64,000 nt of DNA from an uncultured Christensenellaceae bacterium (GTDB taxonomy: Bacteria > Bacillota > Clostridia > Christensenellales > Pumilibacteraceae), in the NCBI GenBank assembly GCA_910587445.1, contig CAJULE010000001.1, positions 99,748 to 163,747 of the forward strand, in the 5' to 3' direction. Below are positions 28,548 through 37,921 of the stretch, piece after piece. The position numbers and the translations under genes were made by a program. The notes under the pieces were generated by a model. The model was not told the origin of the DNA and made no database searches. It saw only the letters and a program-made list of their open reading frames with translations. The number at the start of each line of letters is the position of its first letter. The stretch's first letter is position 1.

Positions 28548-29750
28548 ATGAAAATCAGCGAAAGAGCAAAAAGGATCGCACCGTCGCTTACACTCGAGAT
28601 AACGGCAAAGGCCAATAGGCTTAAGGCGGACGGAGAGGATGTGATTTCGTTCGGTGCGGGCGAGCCGGATTTCAACACTCCCGATTTTATAGTCGAGGCG
28701 GCGGACGTCGCGCTCAAAGAGGGCATGACGAGGTATACGCCGGCTGCCGGTACAATGACGCTACGCCGTGCCATTGCCGGCAAGCTCGAAAGAGAAAACG
28801 GCTTAAGATATGCGCCCGAGGAAATAGTGGTTTCTAACGGCGCAAAGCACAGCCTTCACAATGCCATTCAGGTAATAGTAGACCCCGGGGAAGAGGTCAT
28901 AATCCCCGCGCCGTATTGGCTCACGTATCCGGAGCTCGTAAAACTTGCGGACGGCGTGCCCGTGATAGTCGAAACAAAGAAGGAAAACGATTTTAAGATC
29001 ACGGCGGCGGAGCTTGAAAAAGCGATTACGAAAAAGACCCGCGCAATCATTCTGAACAGTCCCAACAATCCCACGGGCGCCGTGTATTCGAAGGAAGAGT
29101 TTGCGGCTCTTGCGCGCGTTCTCGAAAAGTACGGGGACATATACATAATCTCCGACGAGATATATGAAAACCTCGTCTATGACGGAGCGGAGACGGTGTC
29201 GTTCGCGCTGTACTCGAACGAGATAAAAAATCGCACGATACTCGTAAACGGCGTGTCCAAGACCTTTTCCATGACGGGTTGGCGCATAGGTTATACCGCT
29301 TCCAATAGGGAGCTTGCTCGGGCAATGTCGAGTATGCAGAGCCACATGACGTCGAATCCCAATTCCATTGCTCAATACGCTACGGAAATAGCGTTCAACG
29401 ACATTCGCGGAGAGCAGTTCGTGCAGAGTATGCAGACGCAGTTCGGCGAGAGAAGAAAGCTCATAATCGACGAGCTCAAAAAGAGCGAGACGCTTTCCGT
29501 AGTCGAACCCGAAGGCGCGTTTTATTGCCTCGTGTGCGTAAAGAGCCGCTTCGGCAAAAGCGCGGACGGCGTCGTTATAGACAGTGCAAAGAAGTTTGCC
29601 GAGACCCTTCTCGAAAAAGAGAAGGTTGCCGTTATTCCGTGCGAATCGTTCGGGGCGCCCGATTATATAAGGCTCAGCTATGCGATTTCGCCGCGCGACA
29701 TAGAACGCGGAGTAAAAAGATTGGTGAGGTTTGCGGACGGCTTGAAGTGA
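28548..29750 (+). CDS. aspB: aspartate/aromatic aminotransferase (class I PLP aminotransferase)
   Basis: PLP-lysine motif SKTFSMTGWRIGY. NSPNNPTGAVY. Overall AspC/AspB architecture. Confidence 0.85.
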   Translation: MKISERAKRIAPSLTLEITAKANRLKADGEDVISFGAGEPDFNTPDFIVEAADVALKEGMTRYTPAAGTMTLRRAIAGKLERENGLRYAPEEIVVSNGAKHSLHNAIQVIVDPGEEVIIPAPYWLTYPELVKLADGVPVIVETKKENDFKITAAELEKAITKKTRAIILNSPNNPTGAVYSKEEFAALARVLEKYGDIYIISDEIYENLVYDGAETVSFALYSNEIKNRTILVNGVSKTFSMTGWRIGYTASNRELARAMSSMQSHMTSNPNSIAQYATEIAFNDIRGEQFVQSMQTQFGERRKLIIDELKKSETLSVVEPEGAFYCLVCVKSRFGKSADGVVIDSAKKFAETLLEKEKVAVIPCESFGAPDYIRLSYAISPRDIERGVKRLVRFADGLK

Positions 29751-29770
29751 AATTTTAAAAGAGAGGCAGA

Positions 29771-31180
29771 ATGGAAAAGAAAAACGTAATAAAGAATAAG
29801 CGCACGGGACTTTTGGAGGCAAAGGAGTTCGATTACGAGCTCCAGAATGTTTCCGAGCCTCAGCTTTACCGCGGTATGTTCGATTACGAGCACGTTCCCA
29901 AAATCGTGTTCAACGACCGCCTTGTGCCCATGCACACGCCCGAGCGCATATTTATTACGGACACCACTTTCCGTGACGGGCAGCAGTCCACCGCGCCCCT
30001 GTCCGTAGAACAGATTCGCAGGCTTTATACGCTTATGTCGAAGCTCGGCGGAAAGAAAGGGCTTATAAGGCAGACCGAATTTTTCCTATATTCGGATAAG
30101 GACAAGGAAGCCGTGCGCGTCTGCCGAGAGGCGGGACTCGAGTTTCCCGAGATAACGAGTTGGATACGCGCCGACGAAAAGGACTTCAAACTCGTAAAGG
30201 AAATGGAAATAAAGGAGACTGGCATACTCGTCTCGTGCAGCGACTACCATATCTATAAAAAAATGGGGCTCGACAGAAAGCAGGCTCTCGACAAATATCT
30301 CGGAATAGTCAAGTCGGCGCTTTCGTACGGTATTGTGCCGCGCTGTCATTTCGAGGACATTACGAGGGCGGATTTTTACGGCTTTGTCGTCCCGTTCGCG
30401 CACGAGCTTATGGACCTTGCGGTTGAGTCGGGCATACCTATAAAGATACGCGCTTGCGACACTCTCGGTTACGGCGTCGCGTTCCCGGGCTGCGCGCTTC
30501 CCAGGAGCGTTCAGGGCATAATTTACGGGCTCAACAACTATGCGGGCGTGCCGAGCGCTCAACTCGAGTGGCACGGTCACAACGACTTCTATAAGGCGGT
30601 CACGAACGCGACCACGGCTTGGCTGTACGGCTGCGGAGGCGTCAACTGCTCGCTGCTCGGCATAGGCGAGCGAACGGGCAATTGTCCGACGGAAGCTATG
30701 TGCATAGAGTACGCACAGCTAAAAGGTACTACCGACGGCATGAACCTTTCGTGCATTACGGAAATAGCCGAATACTTCGAACATGAAATAGGATATGCCA
30801 TACCGCCGCGCACGCCGTTTGCGGGTCGCGCGTTCAATGCGACGCGCGCGGGCATTCACGCCGACGGACTCTTGAAGGATCAGGAGATATACAATATATT
30901 CGATACGAACAAGATACTCGGAAAAAAGCCCGTCGTGTCCATAAACAACGCTTCGGGGCTTGCGGGAATAGCCTATTGGATAAATTCGTATTACGACCTC
31001 GAGGGCGACGATATGATCTCCAAGGGCGACGAGCTTGTCGCTCGGGTCAAACAGCTCGTGGATATGCAGTATGCGGAGGGCAGAAATACGGTCATGGGCG
31101 ACGATGAGCTCGATACGCTCGTACGATTAGCCGACAAGCGTCGGCACAAGCTTCTTACTGTCGGTGAAAGCGGCAGATAA
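29771..31180 (+). CDS. HMGL-like / LeuA-family acyltransferase (isopropylmalate-citramalate-homocitrate synthase relatives; candidate Re-citrate synthase or citramalate synthase), lacking the LeuA C-terminal regulatory domain
   Basis: DTTFRDGQQS substrate-binding motif (LeuA: DTTLRDGEQ). HGHNDF...GIGERTGNC metal site. GIHADGLLKDQEIYNIFD matches the LeuA GIHQDGVLK block. Length 469 aa. Confidence 0.7.
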   Translation: MEKKNVIKNKRTGLLEAKEFDYELQNVSEPQLYRGMFDYEHVPKIVFNDRLVPMHTPERIFITDTTFRDGQQSTAPLSVEQIRRLYTLMSKLGGKKGLIRQTEFFLYSDKDKEAVRVCREAGLEFPEITSWIRADEKDFKLVKEMEIKETGILVSCSDYHIYKKMGLDRKQALDKYLGIVKSALSYGIVPRCHFEDITRADFYGFVVPFAHELMDLAVESGIPIKIRACDTLGYGVAFPGCALPRSVQGIIYGLNNYAGVPSAQLEWHGHNDFYKAVTNATTAWLYGCGGVNCSLLGIGERTGNCPTEAMCIEYAQLKGTTDGMNLSCITEIAEYFEHEIGYAIPPRTPFAGRAFNATRAGIHADGLLKDQEIYNIFDTNKILGKKPVVSINNASGLAGIAYWINSYYDLEGDDMISKGDELVARVKQLVDMQYAEGRNTVMGDDELDTLVRLADKRRHKLLTVGESGR

Positions 31181-31216
31181 GACGAATCACAAGGTAAAAC
31201 CCCAAAAATATATATA

Positions 31217-31630
31217 ATGGAGGACAAGAAAATGATACATCTCATCTACGGGGCAAAAGGCAGCGGCAAGACGGTAAAGATTATGGACGCCGTCAACGAC
31301 AAGTGCAAGGGGGCGGACGCAAACGTCGTGTTTATAACCGACAACGACCGTTCGCTCGGCATAGACAAAGCGGTGCGTTTCGTAAACGTCAAGGAGTACG
31401 ACATCAAGTGGGATTGCTGTCTCGTCGCATTCTTAAAAGGTATGCTCGCGGCAAACAGCGACAATACGGCTTTTTACATCGACGGCATTTCGCGCTTTAC
31501 GAAGAAGAAGCCCGAGGAGCTCGAGGAACTCATGACCGAGCTTGAAGATATCTCCGCAAAGTTCGGCGTCGATCTCACTCTCACTATTTCGACGGATACT
31601 TTGCCTAAGTTTATGATGAAGTACGTTTAA
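31217..31630 (+). CDS. small (137 aa) P-loop NTPase-like protein of unknown function
   Basis: Walker A GAKGSGKT near the N-terminus. A Walker-B-like hhhhDG (AFYIDGIS) occurs about 85 residues later. RBS GGAGGAC upstream. Confidence 0.45.
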   Translation: MEDKKMIHLIYGAKGSGKTVKIMDAVNDKCKGADANVVFITDNDRSLGIDKAVRFVNVKEYDIKWDCCLVAFLKGMLAANSDNTAFYIDGISRFTKKKPEELEELMTELEDISAKFGVDLTLTISTDTLPKFMMKYV

Positions 31631-31657
31631 TGCCCGGAGCCGTATTCATCGTCTAAG

Positions 31658-31884
31658 ACGGGTTGCGTGTGACGCTTTGCCTCGGTTGTGTACATCAAAG
31701 TACACGCCCTCGGCACACGTCGCCTGCTACCCGCCTTAGACGCGACTACGGCTTCGGGAGTGTCGGGAATAGTGGCAACGGGTTGCGTGCTTCTTGCCGC
31801 TCGGGCGCTGTACGGTGTGGTACAGCAACCCGAGCGTCTCGTCGCCTGCTACCCGCCTTAGGCGCGACTACGGCTTCGGGAGTG
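31658..31884 (+). repeat. tandem pair (about 105 nt units, period about 120) of GC-rich structured intergenic repeats upstream of thrC
   Basis: Unit A is 31658-31762, unit B is 31778-31884. Shared blocks: acgggttgcgtg...tcgcctgctacccgccttag(a/g)cgcgactacggcttcgggagtg. Each unit carries a central gtacN6gtac hairpin with compensatory changes (gtgtac/gtacac vs ctgtac/gtacag). Confidence 0.5.
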
Positions 31885-31969
31885 ATTTGGTATAAAGCAA
31901 TCGGCTATGTGCGGCGCACGTAATATGCCGAACGTGCACACGAATTTACGGTGCTTGGAGGAGCAGACA

Positions 31970-33448
31970 ATGAACTATATTTCCACGAGAAACGCGTCCT
32001 TGAAAGTGAGCGGCGCAGAAGCGATCGTCGGCGGCATAGCTCCCGACGGCGGTCTTTATGTGCCCGAGGTCATACCCGAGGTCACGGCGAAGGAAAGGGA
32101 AGCCCTTGCTGAAATGGACTATCCCGCGCGTGCCGCTTTCATAATCGGAAAGTATTTGCCCGAGCTTAAGGACGAGCTTCTTTCTTGGTGCGAAAAGGCG
32201 TATTCGCGGTTCGACGGAGATCCCGCGCCGCTCGTGAAAATAGAGGACAATTTCTATCTTCTCGAACTGTGGCACGGACCGACGCACGCATTTAAGGATA
32301 TGGCGCTCACGCTTTTGCCCTATCTCCTTACGGGAAGCAAGCGCGTGCTAAAACGCACGGACAGGACGCTCATACTCGTCGCGACGAGCGGCGACACGGG
32401 CAAAGCGGCGCTCGAGGGGTTTAGAGACGTCGACGGCACGGATTGTATAGTGTTCTATCCGAGCGGCGGAGTAAGCGAGCTTCAGCAGCTTCAAATGCAG
32501 ACGCAGAAGGGCGGAAACGTATACGTGTCGGCAATCGAAGGTAATTTCGACGACGCGCAGAGCGCAGTCAAAAAGATATTCACGGACGATTCCGTAAGGA
32601 ATAATCTTGCCTCACTCGGATATAATCTGTCGAGTGCGAACTCGATAAATTGGGGACGGCTCGTGCCGCAAATAGCTTACTATTTTTCGGCGTATGCGGA
32701 CCTTGTGTCGAGCGGAGAGATCGAGGACGGCGACAAGGTCGCGTTCAGCGTTCCGACGGGCAATTTCGGGAACATCCTCGCGTGCTATTACGCGATGCGC
32801 ATGGGACTTCCCGTCGAGCGCCTCGTGTGTGCTTCCAACGACAACAACGTGCTCACCGACTTTTTCGATACGGGCATATACGACGTGCACCGCGAATTTT
32901 ATAAGACGATAAGTCCGTCCATGGACATACTTGTCTCGTCGAATTTCGAAAGGCTTCTGTTCGAAGTCTCGGGTCGTGACGATGAGCTTACGGCTCGCCG
33001 CATGAACGAACTGAAAGAGAACGGAAAGTATGTCGTGAGCGACGGGGAGCTTGCAAAGCTGTCGGAGCTGTTCTTTGCCGACTATGCAAGCGACGAAATA
33101 ACGAAAGAGACGATAGGGGGCTTTTTCGAGGACACCGGCTATATTCTCGATCCTCACAGCGCCGTCGCGGTTTCCGCCGCCGACGCATATGTCGGAAGCG
33201 ACGAGATCCCCATTGTCACGGTTTGTACGGCAAGCCCATATAAATTCGTCGGCTCGGTGCTCGAAGCCATAGGCGAAAGCGTGCCGAAAAGCGCTATTAA
33301 GGCTCTCGTAAAGCTCGAGAACGAAACGGCTTTGCCGCTTCCCGAAAGTCTTAAGGAGCTCGAAACGCTCGAAAAGAGATTTACGGGCGTAGTCGGCAGG
33401 GACGGTATAGAGGGCGTTGTCATGAAATACGCAAAGGAGCGGGCATAG
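31970..33448 (+). CDS. thrC: threonine synthase
   Basis: PLP-lysine motif PTHAFKDMAL. SGDTGKAA. Overall ThrC length and domain order. Start ATG 31970 with GGAGGAGCAGACAATG. The ORF-track start 31907 lacks an RBS. Confidence 0.85.
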   Translation: MNYISTRNASLKVSGAEAIVGGIAPDGGLYVPEVIPEVTAKEREALAEMDYPARAAFIIGKYLPELKDELLSWCEKAYSRFDGDPAPLVKIEDNFYLLELWHGPTHAFKDMALTLLPYLLTGSKRVLKRTDRTLILVATSGDTGKAALEGFRDVDGTDCIVFYPSGGVSELQQLQMQTQKGGNVYVSAIEGNFDDAQSAVKKIFTDDSVRNNLASLGYNLSSANSINWGRLVPQIAYYFSAYADLVSSGEIEDGDKVAFSVPTGNFGNILACYYAMRMGLPVERLVCASNDNNVLTDFFDTGIYDVHREFYKTISPSMDILVSSNFERLLFEVSGRDDELTARRMNELKENGKYVVSDGELAKLSELFFADYASDEITKETIGGFFEDTGYILDPHSAVAVSAADAYVGSDEIPIVTVCTASPYKFVGSVLEAIGESVPKSAIKALVKLENETALPLPESLKELETLEKRFTGVVGRDGIEGVVMKYAKERA

Positions 33449-33450
33449 AA

Positions 33451-34452
33451 TTGGAACAGGATAAGAAAAGAGTTTTCTCCGCGATACAGCCCACAGGCGG
33501 TATCACGATAGGCAACTATATAGGCGCGGTGCGCAACATGGTCGCAATGCAGGACGAATACGAGTGTCTGTATGCGGTCGCCGATCTCCACAGCCTCACC
33601 GTGGACATAGCGCCGGCGGCGCTGCGCAAGAATACTATCGAGCTTGCCGCTCTTCTGATCGCGGCGGGTATCGATCCCGAAAAGAGCATATTTTTCGTGC
33701 AGTCGCAGGTGCACGAACACGCCGAGCTCGGCTGGGTGCTCAACTGCTATGCGCAGTTCGGCGAAGCGCGCAGAATGACGCAGTTCAAGGACAAGAGCGC
33801 CAAGGCTCCCGAAAACGTAAACGTCGGACTGTTCGACTATCCCGTTTTGATGGCTGCGGACATACTCCTTTATATGACGGACTACGTCCCCGTAGGCAAG
33901 GACCAGGTACAGCACCTCGAACTGAGCCGCACGATTGCCGAGCGCTTCAACAACCGCAATTCGCCGACGTTTAAGGTTCCCGAGGCAATACTTCCGAAGT
34001 TCGGACAGAAGGTGCGCTCGCTTGTCGATCCGACGGCGAAGATGTCGAAGTCGGACAGCGACCCGAACGGATATGTGCTCGTGCTCGACAGACCGGAGGA
34101 CATTGCGAGAAAGTTCAAGCGCGCCGTCACGGACAGCGACGCAAGGATCGTATATGCGCCCGAGGAAAAGCCGGGCATAAGCAATCTTCTTACGATATAT
34201 TCGGCGTTTGCGGACGCGGATATGGAGGAGAGCGTGAAGCGTTTCGAGGGAAGGGATTACGCCTATCTCAAGTCGACCGTCGCCGACGCGGTGATAGAGG
34301 GCTTGCGTCCGATACGCGAAAGCTTCGACATGATCATGCGGGATAAGAACGAGCTGATGAAAAAGCTCGAAACAGGCGCGGAAAAGGCGTCTTACATCGC
34401 TCGGCGCACGATGTCCAAGGTCTGGCGAAAGCTCGGCTGCGTTAGACCGTAA
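33451..34452 (+). CDS. trpS: tryptophan--tRNA ligase
   Basis: Class I HIGH-like TGGITIGNY and KMSKS motifs. 333 aa. Confidence 0.9.
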   Translation: MEQDKKRVFSAIQPTGGITIGNYIGAVRNMVAMQDEYECLYAVADLHSLTVDIAPAALRKNTIELAALLIAAGIDPEKSIFFVQSQVHEHAELGWVLNCYAQFGEARRMTQFKDKSAKAPENVNVGLFDYPVLMAADILLYMTDYVPVGKDQVQHLELSRTIAERFNNRNSPTFKVPEAILPKFGQKVRSLVDPTAKMSKSDSDPNGYVLVLDRPEDIARKFKRAVTDSDARIVYAPEEKPGISNLLTIYSAFADADMEESVKRFEGRDYAYLKSTVADAVIEGLRPIRESFDMIMRDKNELMKKLETGAEKASYIARRTMSKVWRKLGCVRP

Positions 34453-35324
34453 TGTACGGCTACGTCGTCCCCGACAAGAGCGTCTTAAAGGTGCAGGACT
34501 TCGTGCTGTACCGCGCGTTTTATTGCGGGCTTTGCAAGAGTATAGGGCGGCAGTTCGGTCAGTTTCCGCGCTATACGACGAACTACGACTTTACGTTCTT
34601 CAGCGTGTTTTTGCACGATTGTATGAGTGCGGACGTGACCATCTCCGAAGAGAAGTGCGTCGGCAATCCGTTCCGAAAGAAAGCCGTCGTAAAAAACAGC
34701 GAGCTTCTCGACACCGTTGCCGCGGTCAATATAATCCTTTCGTACTATAAGGCGGTTGACGGCGTGCGCGACGGTGAAGGCGGCAAAATGCGCGTCGCGA
34801 GACGTATGCTCAAAAGACCGTTCGAGAGGGCAAAGGCAAGGTGTCCCGAAGTGGAAGAGATCGCGCGCGTCGGATACGAAAAACTTTACGCGCTCGAACA
34901 GGCAAAAGAGGTCGGTACGGACAGACTTGCCGATTGCTTTGCGTCCATGCTCAGAGACATTGCAAAAGTCCTTTTAAAGGACAAGAGCGACGGATTCAAG
35001 GAAGGCGTCATGTACAACGTCGGAAAGTTCGTCTATCTTACGGACGCTCTCGACGATGTGACCGAGGATTTCAAAAAGAAACGGTACAATCCGCTTCTTG
35101 CGGAGTTCGGAAACTTTACTACGCGCGAGAAGTTCATCGCCGACAATTACGACGATTTGAGCTTTATGCTCACGGCGACGCTCAACCGCGCGATCGCCGA
35201 CTTCAACAACATAAGCTTTACGCAGAGCTACGACCTCATGCGGAACATACTTTACAACGGTATGCGGGCAAAAGTAAAAGAATTGCTTTCAAGTAAGAAA
35301 AAATTGCCGAAGCCGAAGATATAA
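34452..35324 (+). CDS. conserved hypothetical protein (Cys-containing N-terminus FYCGLCKSIG; possibly a DUF5685-like Clostridial family)
   Basis: Start overlaps trpS stop. No recognisable catalytic motifs. The family guess comes from memory, not from a search. Confidence 0.5.
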   Translation: MYGYVVPDKSVLKVQDFVLYRAFYCGLCKSIGRQFGQFPRYTTNYDFTFFSVFLHDCMSADVTISEEKCVGNPFRKKAVVKNSELLDTVAAVNIILSYYKAVDGVRDGEGGKMRVARRMLKRPFERAKARCPEVEEIARVGYEKLYALEQAKEVGTDRLADCFASMLRDIAKVLLKDKSDGFKEGVMYNVGKFVYLTDALDDVTEDFKKKRYNPLLAEFGNFTTREKFIADNYDDLSFMLTATLNRAIADFNNISFTQSYDLMRNILYNGMRAKVKELLSSKKKLPKPKI

Positions 35325-35395
35325 TATAAGAGGCTTAAGGCGAAAATAAATAATATTCCGCGCTTCGCCGGATAAAGCGAAGCAAAAGGAGAGAG

Positions 35396-36007
35396 ATGGT
35401 AAACAACCCTTACGAAATATTGGACTTACCCGAGGACAGCAGCGAGGAGCTGTTGCGCGCGCGCTATAACGAGCTCAAGACCAAGTACTCCGAACAGCGT
35501 TTCGAAGCGGGCGAAGCCGGCAACGAAGGCGCAAACAAGCTCATGGAGCTCGAGGAAGCCTGGAACATAATTTCCGCCGAGCTCGACAAGAAGCGCACGA
35601 AGGAGCGTTACGGCGACAATCTCGGCGGCATAGACGAGCTCATAAAAAAGGGCAAGTACGACGAAGCGCAAGCCCTTCTCGACGCGCACACGGAGCGCGG
35701 CGCGGAATGGCACTATCTTCAGTCGATAATTTTCTATAAGCGAGATTGGCTCACCGAAAGCCGCAAACAACTCAAAATGGCTGTCGAGCTCGCGCCCGAA
35801 GTGGAGAAGTATCGCGAGTCGCTCACGAAGCTCGAGATGGTCATGGGCAATCCGAACGCGCAGGCGCAGAACCTCGGCAGGCAGGGGAACGGTCCCGTCA
35901 TGGACAACGGCGGAGACGCGCAGCAGGCGGGCAACTGTCTTTCGAGTTGCTGCATGGCTTACTGCCTTACGGACTGTTGCTGTAACGCAATGCGCTGCTG
36001 CGGATAA
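35396..36007 (+). CDS. J-domain-like protein with degenerate HPD (SEQ) motif, helical middle and poly-Cys C-terminal tail
   Basis: PYEILDLPEDSSEELLRARYNELKTKYSEQR aligns with the DnaJ region YYEILGV...IRKAYKRLAMKYHPDR, with HPD replaced by SEQ. C-terminus is NCLSSCCMAYCLTDCCCNAMRCCG. Confidence 0.55.
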   Translation: MVNNPYEILDLPEDSSEELLRARYNELKTKYSEQRFEAGEAGNEGANKLMELEEAWNIISAELDKKRTKERYGDNLGGIDELIKKGKYDEAQALLDAHTERGAEWHYLQSIIFYKRDWLTESRKQLKMAVELAPEVEKYRESLTKLEMVMGNPNAQAQNLGRQGNGPVMDNGGDAQQAGNCLSSCCMAYCLTDCCCNAMRCCG

Positions 36008-36012
36008 TCGCA

Positions 36013-36741
36013 ATGTCCGAAAACCCGAACAACAAAGAGGTCGGCGAAAAAGACGCCGATAAAACCGGCGGGGCGGAGAGTAAAGAAAAATCCGTTTCCG
36101 AAGAGAGTGCGGCGACAGCAGAAAAGAAGCCGTTCGAAGAAGCGGCAGATCCGTTCGACGGATATGACGCACCGAAAGCGGTCTCGGACAAAAAGCCCGA
36201 CAAACGCTTCGAGAAAGCGGAAAAGCAGTCGGCGCGCATAGCGTATGCGGCTGCGGGCACGGCGATTGCTATAATCGCGTCGGTCGTAACCGTCTATTTG
36301 CCCGTAAGGATAATGCCCCTCGTGCTCGCGGCGTTCTGCTTTTTTCTCGTACATACGAAGTGCGGGATAGTATACGGGAGCATATCCGCCGCAGCCACCG
36401 TGCTCGTGACGGGACTTTGCGGGGGCATATGTTCGTCGCTCGTGCTGCTTGCGGTATGTTTTTTTCCGTACAGTCTCGTCTGTATTCCGCTCAGAAGATT
36501 CGATTACCGCTCGGTGGGCGGGGCGCTTCTGCGCGCGGCGGTTTCGATAGTCATAGTAAACATAGCTTTCGTCGTCGTATATTTCGTGGCGAAGTATACG
36601 GTGCTCGGCGGGATCGACGTCATGGAAGCGGTGGGAAAGCTCGGCTATCTCATAATAGCGCTCGTCGCAAGCGCCGTCGCCGTCATAACCGACGTTCTGT
36701 TCGTGCTCTGCGACAAGGTTATAACGCCGAAGATAAGGTAA
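36013..36741 (+). CDS. polytopic membrane protein with acidic/Lys-rich N-terminal tail, Cys-rich helices
   Basis: Starts 6 nt after the previous stop. About 5 TM helices containing CGGIC and VCIPL motifs. Confidence 0.5.
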   Translation: MSENPNNKEVGEKDADKTGGAESKEKSVSEESAATAEKKPFEEAADPFDGYDAPKAVSDKKPDKRFEKAEKQSARIAYAAAGTAIAIIASVVTVYLPVRIMPLVLAAFCFFLVHTKCGIVYGSISAAATVLVTGLCGGICSSLVLLAVCFFPYSLVCIPLRRFDYRSVGGALLRAAVSIVIVNIAFVVVYFVAKYTVLGGIDVMEAVGKLGYLIIALVASAVAVITDVLFVLCDKVITPKIR

Positions 36742-36842
36742 AGGCGACGGGGACTTACGGGAATTGCGAACTTGTCTTAAAAAATCATTCAAGCCGTATC
36801 AAAATGCTTGACAAGCCTTGATGTTTATGGTAATCTTATAAA

Positions 36843-36868
36843 GCACCACTAATCGGGTGGTGTTTTTA
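36843..36868 (+). terminator. rho-independent terminator upstream of rpmG
   Basis: caccac taatcgg gtggtg, then TTTTT. Confidence 0.55.
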
Positions 36869-36892
36869 TGTCACGACAAGGAGACAAAGAAT

Positions 36893-37042
36893 ATGAGAAC
36901 GCGTATTACACTTGCCTGCACGGAATGCAAACAGCGCAATTACGACAATATGAAAAACAAGAAGAACGATCCCGACAGAATCGAACTCAAGAAGTACTGC
37001 CGTTTTTGCCGCAAGCACACCGTTCACAAAGAGACGAAGTAA
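36893..37042 (+). CDS. rpmG: 50S ribosomal protein L33
   Basis: [49 protein letters not shown]. The 4-Cys zinc ribbon is typical of L33. RBS AAGGAG. Confidence 0.9.
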   Translation: MRTRITLACTECKQRNYDNMKNKKNDPDRIELKKYCRFCRKHTVHKETK

Positions 37043-37061
37043 TCTTTTAAGGAGCTTTTAA

Positions 37062-37382
37062 ATGGCAAAGAACACAAACAACAATACGGCCGTAAAGGGT
37101 GAAGCTCCCAAGAAGAAGCGCGGAATAGGCCGCTGGTTCAAGGAGCTGTTTTCCGAGCTCAAAAAAGTCAGCTGGCCGTCTTTTCTCACGGTTGTCAAGC
37201 AGACGGGCGTAGTGCTTCTCGTCACCTTGTTCTTCCTTCTCGTCCTCATGGGCGTAGACGCGGGTCTCGGCGCGCTGTACAGGCTTTTGATGACGGGCGT
37301 AAACGATATGCCCACGACGTCCGCCGTGGCAAACTTATTGACGGGCGCTTTGTCCACACCGATATTCGGAGCGTTGCTATGA
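37062..37382 (+). CDS. secE: preprotein translocase subunit SecE
   Basis: Small protein with a single C-terminal TM helix, immediately upstream of and overlapping nusG. Canonical secE-nusG synteny. Confidence 0.75.
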   Translation: MAKNTNNNTAVKGEAPKKKRGIGRWFKELFSELKKVSWPSFLTVVKQTGVVLLVTLFFLLVLMGVDAGLGALYRLLMTGVNDMPTTSAVANLLTGALSTPIFGALL

Positions 37383-37921
37383 GCGAGCAGGAGATAATGG
37401 AACAGGAGCCGAAGTGGTACGTTTTACATACGTACAGCGGCTATGAAAACATGGTCAAGGACAACCTTGTCATGGTCTTTAAAAAGAACAGCCTCACCGA
37501 GCGTCTTTTCGACATAACCATTCCCATGGAGGACGTTGTGGAAGAGAAGAACGGAAAGCGAAAGCTCGTTCAGCGCAAGATGTTCCCCTCGTATGTGTTC
37601 ATCAAGATGATCTACGACAACAGTATGTGGCACGTCATCACGAACACCCGCGGAGTTACGGGCTTTGTCGGTCCGCAGGGCAGACCGCTTCCGCTCACTC
37701 CCGAGGAAGTAAAACGTATGAGAATAGACCTCACGGTGTTCGACACGAACATCAAAGAGGGCGACAGGGTTAAGGTCACGGACGGCGCGCTTCAGGGCTT
37801 CGTCGGAGAAGTCGAAGCCGTCGACAAGACAAACGCGAAGTGCCGCGTGAACGTCTCGATGTTCGGTCGTCCGACGCCTGTGGATCTCGAGCTCAATCAG
37901 ATAGAGCTCATAGTCGATTAA
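37379..37921 (+). CDS. nusG: transcription termination/antitermination factor NusG
   Basis: NGN domain (KWYVLHTYSGYENMV). C-terminal KOW (GDRVKVTDGALQGFVGEV). Confidence 0.9.
   Translation: MSEQEIMEQEPKWYVLHTYSGYENMVKDNLVMVFKKNSLTERLFDITIPMEDVVEEKNGKRKLVQRKMFPSYVFIKMIYDNSMWHVITNTRGVTGFVGPQGRPLPLTPEEVKRMRIDLTVFDTNIKEGDRVKVTDGALQGFVGEVEAVDKTNAKCRVNVSMFGRPTPVDLELNQIELIVD

Noticed and set aside
31631-31969. T-box riboswitch upstream of thrC
   Set aside because: No T-box consensus (AGGGTGGNACCGCG) or specifier-loop architecture. Better explained as tandem copies of a repeat family that also occurs near rplJ.
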